In this document: positions 28,381-40,790 of the stretch, piece by piece
How positions within the stretch are numbered: the stretch's first letter is position 1
How the letters are laid out: the number at the start of each line of letters is the position of its first letter
Source: Octopus vulgaris
Lineage: Eukaryota
Assembly: GCA_951406725.2 (NCBI GenBank)
Contig: OX597815.1
Span: 201,562,001 to 201,626,000 of the forward strand
Length of the DNA: 64,000 nucleotides
Reading direction: 5' to 3'
The notes under the pieces: generated by a model
Told to the model about the DNA's origin: nothing
Seen by the model: only the letters and a program-made list of their open reading frames with translations
Database searches by the model: none
Program-made: the position numbers and the translations under genes

Positions 28381-29837
28381 AACTAATATTATCCTAGTCG
28401 TCAGACTTAATGTCCTGGGTGGCAAGTTCCACCGAAATGTGTGACTCATGGTTATTTTGATTAAGGGCAGCTGATATATTCACAATTTCGGATCAGATGA
28501 AATAAGTGGTACTGGGCTCGATGAAATCGACTTAACCCATGCCTCGAAATTGTCATGACACGTGATATTCTTTAAAGTTCGCCACTACCAATATAACTCT
28601 TCCTGATCAGTGTCAATTCAAACTGTAAGATTAGGTCTATTTTTTTTTTTTCGTTTTTATTGTCATTGGGTTGTGTTTCCTTAAAAATATTTCTCTTCTT
28701 TTCTATAAAAAATCATGTTTTTCTTTTTTCAACTCAGAATTGTATTTCCTCAACTTATAATCAACACACGAAAATGTTCGCGCAATGAAAGGAGTGTAAC
28801 TTACGATAAGTCTGATAAAGAGAGACTGTTATATTTAATCGTATGTACGTAACATTTCGCAAGTAATCTAGAGTATGCCATATAGTTATGAACTAAGTGG
28901 TGCTGAAACAATTGTAACCGATGAATATGTGTAGTGCATTTATTCTTCGTACGTACACACACGCACATACGAACACGCACGGGCACTGACATACGGACAC
29001 ACATGTGCGCACATAATCCATATACATATAAAGAGAAACGAAGACATACACACACACTCAAACACATTCGACACAACGTACTCATATGAGTGTGTGTATA
29101 TGTGTGTGTGTGTAAATTGTACATATGCGTATATAACTAGACACACATACTAGTGCGTATGTTAGTATATATGTATGTATACACAACACGACTAATAATG
29201 AATTTGCTAATGGATATTGATGGCGTTTATATGTGGCAAGGTCTATAATAACTATATCTTTCAGTAATTGTGAAACTTCGCACTATAGAATCTTGCGTCT
29301 GTAACATGTTGTAACTTCGAAAACGATAATTATATTAATATTTGCAGTAATTAAAAGCAGCACACACATCGATTAAGTTAATGTTTTGATATTATGTTAA
29401 CGACGATGTAAATCATAAACTACCTTTCGGCTCGTATATACACTCACATACATACTATATAGGGACACGTATGCGCACATACATATATATGAGAGTTTGC
29501 GGTACCCGGAAGCCCAAAATGTCAGGTAAGGCTATGTAAGTACTACAAAAGAATCGCTGTTAGACTCCCGGTTCGATAATAGTATGAGTGAAGCATCTAA
29601 CGCTGATCGTGTGTAAGAGTTTATGTATGTTAATTAAAATGAGACAACAAAGCCAAGGCAGAGTGAAATTTCTAGAACATTTATAATGGGAAAGGTAGTC
29701 TTATAGCTGTCTGAAGGATATTAAGGATAACCCATCAACAGTGACGATATGAGAGAATTAAATAGAAGAAAATAGTTGAGTTTAATATAAGAAGTTATTT
29801 TGGAAACGGAGAGAAATAGGATGTATGAAGGGAAATA

Positions 29838-30055
29838 TACTCTTTACTCTTTTACTCTTTTACTTGTTTCAGTCATTTGACTATGGCCATGCTGGAGCAC
29901 CGCCTTTAGTCGAGCAAATTGACCCCAGGACTTATTCTTTGTAAGCCCATTACTTATTCTATCGGTCTCTTTTGCCGAACCGCTAAGTGACGGGGACGTA
30001 AACACACCAGCATCGGTTGTCAAGCAATGCTAGGGGGACAAACACAGACACACAC

Positions 30056-30132
<77 letters not shown>

Positions 30133-30241
30133 TACGAAAGGCTTCTTTCAGTTTTCGTCTACCAAATCCACTCACAAGGCATTGGTCGGCCCGGGGCTAT
30201 AGCAGAAGACACTCGCCCAAGATGCCACGCAGTGGTACTGA
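29838..30241 (-). mobile_element. SINE family 2, 5'-truncated
   Basis: Matches 25293-25646. Confidence 0.9.
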
Positions 30242-30799
30242 GAATGAAAATAAAGATATACTCCAAGGAATGTGCTGTACAGAATGAGTAAAGAGTTTTC
30301 TTGTCCTTCATATTTTGTTATTACAAATGGATAGTGTTGAGGTATTAATTCCATGGGCTGTTTATTCAAAGGTATCTTTTAGTGTAAATGAAATTTTGAG
30401 TAAATTATTGTAGACGGAAGCAGATAGAAAGAAGAGAACACATGAGTCCGATAGAGGGGCAAAATGGTGTTCGTAAAAAGGATTGAGTGAAAAAAGAAGA
30501 AAGAAAGAATGAAAGAGGAGGAGAAAATAAAAACGGAGTATTAAATGGTGGTCAAGATGTTGTGAGGGGTGAGAAGAGGACAGGTATCAGTAGATAAATG
30601 GTATAGATAAGAATGTAAGGAAGGAATATGTGTGAGAAGTGAGAGATGGGGGGTGTAGGTTTGAAAGGCACAAAGGTAGAGAGATGTATAAAGAATAGGG
30701 TACGGAGGGGTGAATTAAAAATGAGTAGTAAACATCAAAAAGGAAGAAGACGAAGAAGAAGAAGAAGAAGAAGAAGAAGTAGAACAACAACAACAATAC

Positions 30800-30801
<2 letters not shown>

Positions 30802-30877
<76 letters not shown>

Positions 30878-30895
30878 CATATTTATATATACATA

Positions 30896-30966
<71 letters not shown>
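30802..30966. repeat. (TA)n microsatellite
   Basis: Seen directly. Confidence 0.95.
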
Positions 30967-30968
<2 letters not shown>

Positions 30969-31269
30969 TGCATGTATGCATTAAAATTCGTATATGTTCA
31001 TATTTAAATTGCGAAATTATTTAGTTTACAGAAATTTTAGATTTACTTCGAGTTAACGTTAACTTTTTTCTAAATATTAATTAAATCGCTTTAATTTTAA
31101 GAACGTGTATCTGTACTTTTTATTACGATTTAAGGCACAACATCCAATATAAAATGGAATTGTACAGTTCTTTTTTACAAGAACGTTTTTATGTGTTTGC
31201 TAGCAATGTTAATACTCATGTTTTAGCAAAAGGTGCGCGTACACCGTTATACGCTTATATAAATTGAAA

Positions 31270-31937
31270 AAAGACAGAAGAACCTAACGGACGGCAAGAC
31301 AGATGGACAATACAAAGAAGGACGGAACATTCGGGGCTTTCTATTCTTTAGTCAACTTCCAATAATCATTACAGTTTCGGCCTGTTACACTTAAGACTGT
31401 TTGAAATTGGAAGGCCCCAAAAATCTAAGCTAAGGACTTTAATATTTTGGAAGCGAATCTGTGCACAAAACACGGACAATAAAAGTGAAAACGGAGAAAA
31501 CGTTACTAGATTTCAAATACAAACAACAAGAATAACAATAGGTGTCTTTCGAGTAAAAGGATAAGTTGCGTTGAGTTGGCGTGTGAAGAGGAAGCTTTAT
31601 GGTAACAAACGTAGGAGGAAGTCTACAGGCACGGAAATAAGGTGCTGTCTGAGCGGCGATCAGGTCAAGAAAGAAAGAACATGATTGGCTGAGTAGTGAG
31701 CACGTGGGAGGAACCGAGAGAAGTAGAGAGCAGAGGGATCGAAAAATTAGAGAGAGAGAGAGGGGAAGGGACAAGGAGAAAGTTACTAGGGATATCTAAA
31801 TTCTGTACGACTTTCTTGTTTCTTTCCTCTTTTCCTTTTCTTCCCCTCCCTCTCTCACATTTCTTGCCATTCACTTTCTTTAATCTCTATAATATCCTCT
31901 CTTATCTTCCTTGTACCTTCCCCCGTCCCTTTCTCTT

Positions 31938-31991
<54 letters not shown>

Positions 31992-32615
31992 AATGGCGGT
32001 GACCCAGCATGGCCACAGCTCGTGAGCTGAAACTAGATAAAAAAAAAATATATATATATATTTATATCTACCTGTATTTCTCTCTCTCTCTCTCTCTCTA
32101 GTTCATCCCCTAACTCTTTAATTCCTCTGTTCCTAACCTCTCTCGGTTTCTCCCACGTGCTCACTGCTCAGCCAAGTATGATCTTTCTTTCTTGGACTGA
32201 TCCTCCCTCACACGAAACCTTACTCTCCTGACTTTCACCTATATTTGTTGCCGTAAGGCTTCCACGTCACACGCCAGCCAAAATTTAACTGATGCTTTTA
32301 GTCGAAACACACCTATTGTTATTCTTGCTTTTGTATTTGTAATCGTGTAACATTTTCTACGGTTTCTGGTATGTTTTATTGTCCACGTTGTCGCACATAT
32401 TCGGTCACTTCCTTCCAAAATTTAATGTCCTTAGCTTAGATCTTCGGGGCTTTCTAATTTTCAACAGTCTCAAGTGTAACAGGCTGAAACAGTAATGATT
32501 ATTTAAAGGTTGACTGAAGAATAGGAAGCCACGAATGTTCCGTCCTGTTTTCTCCTCCCCGACTTTGTGTCGTCCATCTGTCCGTATGTTTTTATTGTCT
32601 GCTATGTTCTTCGTT
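31270..32615. repeat. Large diverged inverted repeat: arms about 31270-31750 and 32115-32615
   Basis: Examples: GTGAGCACGTGGGAG vs CTCCCACGTGCTCAC, ATCTAAGCTAAGGAC vs GTCCTTAGCTTAGAT, CAAGAATAACAATAGGTGT vs ACACCTATTGTTATTCTTG, GGACGGAACATTCG vs CGAATGTTCCGTCC. Confidence 0.9.
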
Positions 32616-32878
32616 TTTTATTTATTTATAAATACTCATATTTCCATATATTTTTTTTGTATTTCTACGAATCACTATATTAGAATTTTTTCCCCGATTC
32701 AATGAAACTTAAGTGTTTGTTGTACTAATGTATATTCTGGAGCACCGCCTTTAGTCGAACAAATCAACCCCAGAACTAACTTTTGTAAGACTAGTACTTA
32801 TTCTATCGGTCTCTTTTGCCGACAAGAACACACCAACATTGGTTGTCAAGCGATGGTGGGGAGACAAACACAAACACA

Positions 32879-32952
<74 letters not shown>

Positions 32953-32997
32953 ATGATAACTCTCAGAGCGAGTTATATACAGTAGCGATAACACATC

Positions 32998-33110
32998 GTG
33001 ACGTATATTTGCCATTTAAATATGGCTAACCCCTAAGGGTGAATGCTACTGTAGTTTGTACATTAGCATCCACCCTTAGGGGTTAGCCATATTCAAATGG
33101 CAAATATACG

Positions 33111-33114
<4 letters not shown>
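32998..33114. repeat. Near-perfect palindrome with 51-bp arms and 15-nt spacer
   Basis: GTGACGTATATTTGCC...GGGTGAATGCTA vs TAGCATCCACCC...GGCAAATATACGTCAC, with 2 mismatches. Confidence 0.95.
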
Positions 33115-33155
<41 letters not shown>

Positions 33156-33461
33156 GACGGGCTTCTTTCAGTTTCCGTCTACCAAATCCACTCACAAAGC
33201 TTTGGTCGGCCCAAGGCTATAGCAGAAACACTTGCCCAAGGTGCCATGCAGCGGGACTTAACCCGGAGCCATGTGGTTGGTAGGCAAGCTACTTTATTTC
33301 AAAACATTTGCCATAAAGGCAGTACACAGATTAAGTTAGCTTTGCGGGCTGGACGAGGGCATTAATGAAGTGAATGATAATGAAAGAAAGATGATAAGGA
33401 TGGGAGAAGACAAAAAGCGCCCGCCGACTTTCGCTTCTCTAAAACATTGTTCTTTTTAAGG

Positions 33462-33608
33462 ATAAACACAAAACGAGGTATTAAACCTCTTACAATTTTT
33501 CCAATTTTTGGATTTAGCAGTCCATTATTAATAAAAATAAACACAAAACGAGGTATTAAACCTCTTACAATTTTTCAATTTTTGGACTTAGCAGTCCATT
33601 ACTAATAA
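33462..33608. repeat. Two tandem 75-bp units in the element 3'UTR
   Basis: ATAAACACAAAACGAGGTATTAAACCTCTTACAA...TTAGCAGTCCATTA occurs at 33462 and 33537. Confidence 0.95.
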
Positions 33609-33622
33609 TAACAGTTCAATAA

Positions 33623-34859
33623 TTACATATCGTTCTCGAAGTCGCTTGTGCCCGCGCCCTCCACCATCAACCACGCCTCCCTCAGAACGTAATCAAGTTC
33701 CGAGTCAGCGTCGCCCGGGACCAAGTTATAGTCTTCATTGAGCTCCTTTAGCCCAAGTGTCACGTCGAACGCCACGGCCTCCACAGCTACCTGCGGAGGC
33801 CATTCGGGGTCCTGTGTGAAGGCTAAAGGTGCTCCCTTGTGATGCTCTTCCATCACTTTTTCAATTTCTCCTCCTCTATAGAAGAGGACCAATACGTTCA
33901 GTTCTTTCGGTGGCGGCACAGTTCCCGCCGACGGTATTCCTTCTCTTGTCGGTGGCACAACCCCAACCGACGTAGTTCCGGGACATTCCGGTGCTACACT
34001 GACAGTCGGTAATGTCCCGTTTTTCTTCCTCTTTTTCTTTTTTTTTCCCCTTTTCAACTGAGGGAGGGTGCGTCTCCTCCGTGGCTGGAAGATTCGCCTT
34101 CCTCTCCTCATCCCTATTATCCTTTGGTGAGCACCCATTGTTGCTCACCTTCCTCTTCGGCCTCTGTTTGAGGAGTCCTCTGCTTTCTCGGCCGTTATCA
34201 TTCCCTCTTCTAGAGGGGTTTTACTTAACTGTTCCGGGATCCTATTTTGTTCCCGGGGACAGTTCTTCTTTATGTGGCCGGACTCCAAGCACCGATGACA
34301 CTTAGGGGGCGACCCTCAAGCATCACCGGGTACCTGCACCCGGCCATTTTAAAAAATCTGGAAGAACCAGATTGGCTGATTGGGTCCACAGGGTCAAAAT
34401 TGCTTTTGACCCAACCCAAGCAGCCGCAGGAAGAACTTTCACATTGAGGAGCTTAGTTTCGCTGCCACCCAGACCCCGGCGGATAGTCTCCTCTATCCAC
34501 TCGGGTTCTATGTCGGGTGGCAGACCGCAAATCCAAGCTTTCATCAATTTCTTTTTTTTGTACGTGGGCAGGAATAAGATTTCCTTACCCTCCAGGGGTT
34601 TGCTAGCAAATTTGCAAGCCTCTTCAGGGGTGTCGAATAGCAACCACACCGTTGCATATTTGACACCCCTTGAAATTAATTTAATTGTTGGCAAATACTC
34701 TTCCAACTCCTTTTCAATTGCCGTCTTTTCGAACAGGGCGATGGTGTCGAGTGCCTTGGAGTAGGTTCTCAACACCACCGTCCTATCTTCACAGTCTTTT
34801 AACCACTTTTTAGGCGGTATGATCTCCCATTCCAAAAGTTTGTTATTTTTCATTGCCAT
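33623..34859 (-). pseudogene. Frameshifted ORF1/gag-like protein: RRM-like region, CCHC zinc knuckle, low-complexity linker and acidic C-terminus
   Basis: The 178-aa ORF contains WICGLPPDIEPEWIEETI. Across frameshifts it continues PVMLEGRP then KCHRCLESGHIKKNCP (CX2CX4HX4C at 34259-34300). It ends in the 171-aa ORF with stop at 33623. Confidence 0.75.
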
Positions 34860-35821
34860 GTTCTTTTTTTTTTTTTTTTTTGTTTTGTTTTTTTTAAATG
34901 TATTCAGAATAAAACTAAAAAACGAGAGGAAAAGGAAATCCGAAGAAAGTCACAGTGAAAAAGGAGAGAGTCAAATAAAGTTAAAAAGAAAGTCAATAAC
35001 ACAGCAAAAACCTTCTGGCCATTTGGTACTCCCGGCCTAAATTGAACCAGGAACGCACAACTTCCACAAAACTTGGTGTAAAATTGGTAAAACTTGTTCA
35101 AACTTCGGAGGCAAAATACTCCCCTATATAGCAGTTTTCACAAAAAGTTCTTTACAGCACAATACAATTCTCACAATTACGTGAAAAAAAATATTCACTC
35201 AATTTATCGAAGACGGATACGCCCCTCCACTGCCGAGAGCAGGCGAAATTGTCTCAGAGTTGGACACAACTTACTGAAATAATAATTGGCACGCAATAAT
35301 TTATGCCTAACTCACAATAAACAAAATCACTTACCTCGACAACTTTCCGTTTTTGGTCTTTTTTCTTTAATTGGACCGAGCTGGTTGACTCGCGTCCACT
35401 CTGGCTGAACGGGAAGCAACTGACTAACTGCGCATGTGTGTTAGCAAGCTACTTACCACACAGCTACTCCTGCGCCTATGTTGCATTTTCCCTCTCTCTG
35501 AATTTGCATTCATGCAGTTTCCAAATATATTTCGATAATTTGTTGACATTTTCTGAAGAAATGAAATTATTTTTATCTTGTACTTTAATTTATTCTCAGT
35601 AATTCTGATGTGACACTTAATCCTTCTTCTAACTTATCTTTTATGAAGATGTTTACTATCTCGTAAATTTGAATCTCGTAAAGATTCATATATCTCTGTT
35701 TTATAAGTGCAATTTTCATCTTGTTTTTGTCAGTGAATATTTTAAGAGCAGACATTCTTTTGAAAGGTCTCGTTGTTTTGCATAGACGAAAGACAGCACT
35801 CTTTGTCACTCCATTACCGCG

Positions 35822-35985
35822 TGACAACCGGTTTTGGTGTGTTTACGTACCCTTAACTTCGTGGTTCGGCAATAGCGACCTGTAGAATAAGTTCTAAGTC
35901 GATTTATTCGACCAAAACATTTCAAGGCGGTAGTCCAGCATGGATGCGGTCAAATGAATGAAATAATTAAAAGAATAAAAGTATA
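35822..35985 (+). mobile_element. Diverged SINE family 2, 3' half
   Basis: TGACAACCG..TGGTGTGTTTACGT, GGTTCGGCAA, TAGAATAAG and CCAGCATGG motifs, plus tail. Confidence 0.7.
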
Positions 35986-38365
35986 AATCTGCCATCATGT
36001 ATTAAAAAGAAATAAGCCTGTCATCTGTTCCATTCCCGCTGCTTAATTTACATTTGATTTAATTAGTTTCTTTTAGGGGAAGACTTATGCTTTCATTTTT
36101 AAATCTCTTGTATTAAGCAATGTCCTATAATAGTAGGTCATTGAGAAGTATTTATTCAACACTTAATGTAAGTGATGTGTTGAGCCAAATAACTCTGACC
36201 CGCATTGCATGCTATGGTACTGCATGTTAGTGGAGCTGTCATGTGATTGACACTATCCCTGTTCTACAACTGCTGCCACCACACGTATGTGGTGTGAGTT
36301 AAATTAACGAAAGTCTTCTATTTAGTTATATCTTAGTGATTTTGGTCCCTATATTTTGACCTTGTCCAGTTCTATCTCAATTACTGGCGGATGCCTAAAC
36401 TATTTTCCAAAGCAATTTAGCTGCATATTGCATTCTTCATGGTATATACATTTGAGCATTGTAGTAGAATATGACGTTGGAGATGCTCTGTCGTAATCTG
36501 TAGAGGATAACAAGATTCTTTTAACTATGTCAGACATTGTGTCTGTCACTACCAGAGCAGCTTAAAAAAAAGTTAGAAAAATAAAAAATAATTAAACTTG
36601 TTTACCTTCTCTAAATGAGAAAATCAGATATATGTTATTAAGTTAATTTTTCATTTCAGATTGGTTACTTTTTATTTCCCAAGATTGTCTGCTTAACTAT
36701 TGTGCAAAGGTAAATTTTTCACGTATGTATATTCACTGTTCTGGTATGAAACCTAATACAGAAAATTAACAATCGGATATTTACGAGGCTTCACCTTGTC
36801 CCATATATTTATATATAAAGCTATTAATAACAAATTATTATAGAAGGTATTCACGAGTACAAAACCTGAAGGGATTCCTGTGTAGTTTGGCTCTTAATTC
36901 TAACGAACTCTAGATATATTCTAAATCCTTTGTCCATTAATACAGTTTTGCGTCTTTAAGCTAATATATCACATTATTGATCTAATCGCCAGTAAAACAT
37001 CTCTTAAAGCATGTTCCAAAAATAAATTGTACAAATATAAATGAGTATTGTTTTTCACCGTAACGAGCACAGTGATAGTAAAGTACTATTACGTATTTTG
37101 CTTCTCAACGTATTGATTTGAGGTTCACTTCCATTGCGTGTCACATTAGAAAAGGACCGTGTATTTTAGACAAGGGCCAAAGGAGTTGTATTGGGTGAAT
37201 TAAGCAGACTGACCTAGTATTGAAGCCAGAAGTGTGTCAATACACACACACACACACACACACACTCACACACACACACTCACCCACATATGTGTCTGCA
37301 TGCATGAGGATTTGTGTTTGTGTGTATGTATGTGAGTGTGTTGGTGTGTGGGCACGTGTGTGGATTCGTGCGTGAATGCATAGGTGTGTTTGAACTAGTG
37401 CGTGCGTGAGGCCATATGTGTAAGTGTTATGTTCTTGTTTCCTTACCATGTGATAGCTGGTGTTGTCTTCTTGAAGTCCCCGTATAGATCAAGAGAATAA
37501 CCAACAAATATAGAAAAAAAAGTAGCATCAATTTCTTCCAACAAGGAAATCGCCCATCATGTCGGTAGCCAAATCACAGAAGCAAATAATATAATGCACA
37601 TTGTAAATACCTATCTATAATCCATGTATTAATAACATGTTGATTTACTTTAAAAAGATGCATAGATATTTCGATTCCTTCTTTGAATGTTCAAAATGAG
37701 CAAGTAATTTGATAAAGCTGTGCATATGTGTTTTTCACATATGGCTTCTACGCTTTGATATATCCATTCTTACCATAAGCCCAATTATATGTAACTGAGG
37801 TTTAATATACATCTATATGAGAGTGATAAAATTAAATGCTTCTTTCACATTGAGGATTTTTAGAATTGGAAAAAGTTGCAGCCCCCTAAAATACACTAAA
37901 TTTGTTAGTCTAGCTATTATGTTTACAATACTATTATATATTTAATATATAATATGCTGACTACTCACTATAATTAATTCTCTATATTTTTACCAATCCA
38001 GTGAGGTTACAGATTTTATAGTCAATGGATAATGGGGAAAAGGGTCGAATATATCTTACCTAATATATTATAGATTTGCACCTATATTTACAAATGGATT
38101 ATTAACATAAATTTCGATGAGAGTATTACTATATTTAGAAGTGCTAATGCTCTACAAATCTATTACTTTGGAAACTAGTCTCGAACAGAATTCTCCCACT
38201 CTGTCTGTATCATTCTCTCACTAATTTCTTTCTTCCTCTCACTATGCACACACGCACGAAATCACACACACATACACACACATCCTTAGGCACATATATA
38301 CATATGCATACACACATGCACAAACTCACATATATATATATGTATATATATATATATAAAGATAT

Positions 38366-38416
<51 letters not shown>

Positions 38417-39343
38417 TAAATATAGACATATATCATAGATCATATATATATATATGATGTGTGTGTAAATGGACTCTACAATCTACAGTTTTTGTGAAAG
38501 ACTTATAAAGCATGCGTTTAGTGGAAAGTAAATTCTTTCTGCATTGAATACAATACATATGTGTACAAGACCTTTGATAATTCCCAGCTACAATTAAAGG
38601 CGAAACTTTTGCTATGCTGACATTTTGCCAGATGGGACATGTGTGCATGAAAGCTAAAATTTCTCTAAACATATTTATCCATGCAAGACACGCCTAATCG
38701 ATATTTCTCATGAATTTCTCACTAGGAAGATTGATTGCTTGACAAATTGAATTTGCGTCAGATTCTTACTAAGAGGTCTCTACACAATAAACACGGATGT
38801 ATTTAACTAACTATTGTAAATATTTCAAACAAACGCAACCCGTCCATTCATTGTACTTAGCATTAGGGAGTTTTCATAGCCGAAAAGTATACACAGATAT
38901 ACTCAGAATCTCAAGTACATTGAATAATATGGCATCCAAAATTATTGCACATTAGAAATAGATATACACTTAAAAATGTTACGCACGCAAACGTATACAC
39001 ACACATGCAAACACAAATGGACAAACAAACACCCACCAACACACTCTCAGACACAGACACACACGCAGACACACACACACACACACACCCATTTATATGT
39101 ACATATATCTATATTAAATGGGATGTCTAGTGTTATTGTTGCAAGTACGTTGGGTTGTGTCATGGAGCAGCTAGGTAAAAACTTCATTTGATATTACTCC
39201 AAATCCACTCAATTAAAACTGTGTTGAGGACATGAATAGCCTTATCTCCACAACAGCGTCTTGAATACCTGTGTTACCAACTCTTGAAAATGCAATATGA
39301 TTCCCTTTCATACACTGTGTGGTAAGTAGATTGCTTCCCAACC

Positions 39344-40613
39344 TCGGACCAAACTAAGCTCCAACACCGATGTCATCTACCTTGATTTCAGTAAGGCCTT
39401 CGACAGGGTCGATCACAAGATCCTATTGAAAAAACTATCCAACATTGGTGTCTCTGGAAAGTTACTGAAATGGATCAAGTGTTTCCTGACAAGACAGATC
39501 TCAACATGTTGTAGTTGAAGGGGTAAAATCAAGCCCAGCCAAAGTCAGTAGTGGCGTTCCGCAAGGCACTGTGCTGGGCCCACTTCTTTTCATCATTTAC
39601 ATTAATGACATTAATGACATCATCAAGCACAGCAACATAAAAATCTTTGCAGATGACTCCAAGCTACAGAAGGTCATAAATGAGGCGAGTGACCGGACAT
39701 GCCTTCAATCAGATCTACTGGCTGTTATCCAATGGGCAGAAAAAAACAATATGCTGCTGAACGAGGATAAATTTGAGTTAATCCACTTTGGAAAAGAGGA
39801 TGCCCTGAAACTCCCATACTCCCTTCCTTCAGGTGAAACTCTCGCGGCGTCCAACAACATCAGAGACTTGGGAGTAATTGTGGACAACAACGTAAGCTGG
39901 GCCACTCATATAAACACCAAAGTTGACATGGCCCGCAGAATGTGTTCCTGGATTCTCAGAACTTTCCAGTCGAGAGATATCCACACCATTATCCTTCTCT
40001 TCTCCACTTTTGCCCGACCCCACCTTGAATACTGTTGTCCACTGTGGTCTCCCCACACAATACAAGGTATCATAAAAGTTGAAGCACCTCAAAGGGCAAT
40101 CACAAAAAGATAGAAGGCATGACAGGCCTCGACTATTGGGGTCGACTGGAAAGGCTAAAACTCTATTCTCTCCAACGTCGTCGTGAGCGCTACATCATCT
40201 GCGTGATGTGGAAAATATTCCATCAGCATTGCCCAAATGATGTTGGCATCACCTTTAAGGTACATCCAAGGCTTAGGCCCCGTGCCATCCGCCCAAAACA
40301 AAAATCGCACTCTCATCTCATAACAACAATACGGCACAATTACTTCACCTCAATTGGCCCCGCTCTCTTTAACATTATACCAAAACACATTAAAACAGAA
40401 ACTGACCCTATAGGGTTCAAGAAGTCTTTGGACAGATTCCTTCAAGAAATCCCGGATAAACCCCCAACACCCGGCTATGTCTCTGTAAACAATAACTCTC
40501 TACTTGAGTGGGCCATAGTGCCCAAATTCTGACTTGAAAGACATCACTAGGTGGTGCTATTAAGTTAGACATGGCCTGGGCCAATAATGGCCGAAACCAA
40601 TCAAAGTATCAAA

Positions 40614-40617
<4 letters not shown>
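39344..40617 (+). mobile_element. 5'-truncated CR1-group LINE (RT and C-terminus)
   Basis: YLDFSKAFDRVDH, SGVPQGTVLGPLLF, FADD, RDLGV, RPHLEYCCPLWSPH and RLERLKLYSLQRRRERY motifs. One frameshift near 39490 and one stop at 40111. Tandem (TCAAAGTA)2 tail. Confidence 0.9.
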
Positions 40618-40690
<73 letters not shown>

Positions 40691-40759
40691 AATATGTATA
40701 TATATGTATATATATATATATACATATATATACATATATACGTACATTTATATATATAT

Positions 40760-40790
<31 letters not shown>

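Larger units (their letters stand above)
33295..35443 (-). mobile_element. ORF1-only (Half-L1/Tx1-like) non-autonomous retroelement
   Basis: 11-bp TSD GCAAGCTACTT. The 3' end is AATAAA running into the TSD. It carries a single gag/ORF1-like frame and no RT or endonuclease motifs. Confidence 0.8.
32737..35477 (-). mobile_element. SINE family 2 split by two insertions (body 32737-33294, 5' tip 35444-35477)
   Basis: The SINE sequence stops at GCAAGCTACTT (33284-33294) and resumes with GCAAGCTACTTACCACACAGC at 35444. Confidence 0.9.

Noticed and set aside
36660-36709. 50-nt plus-strand AG...GT candidate exon
   Set aside because: No recognisable homology or partner exons, and such signals are common in AT-rich DNA.
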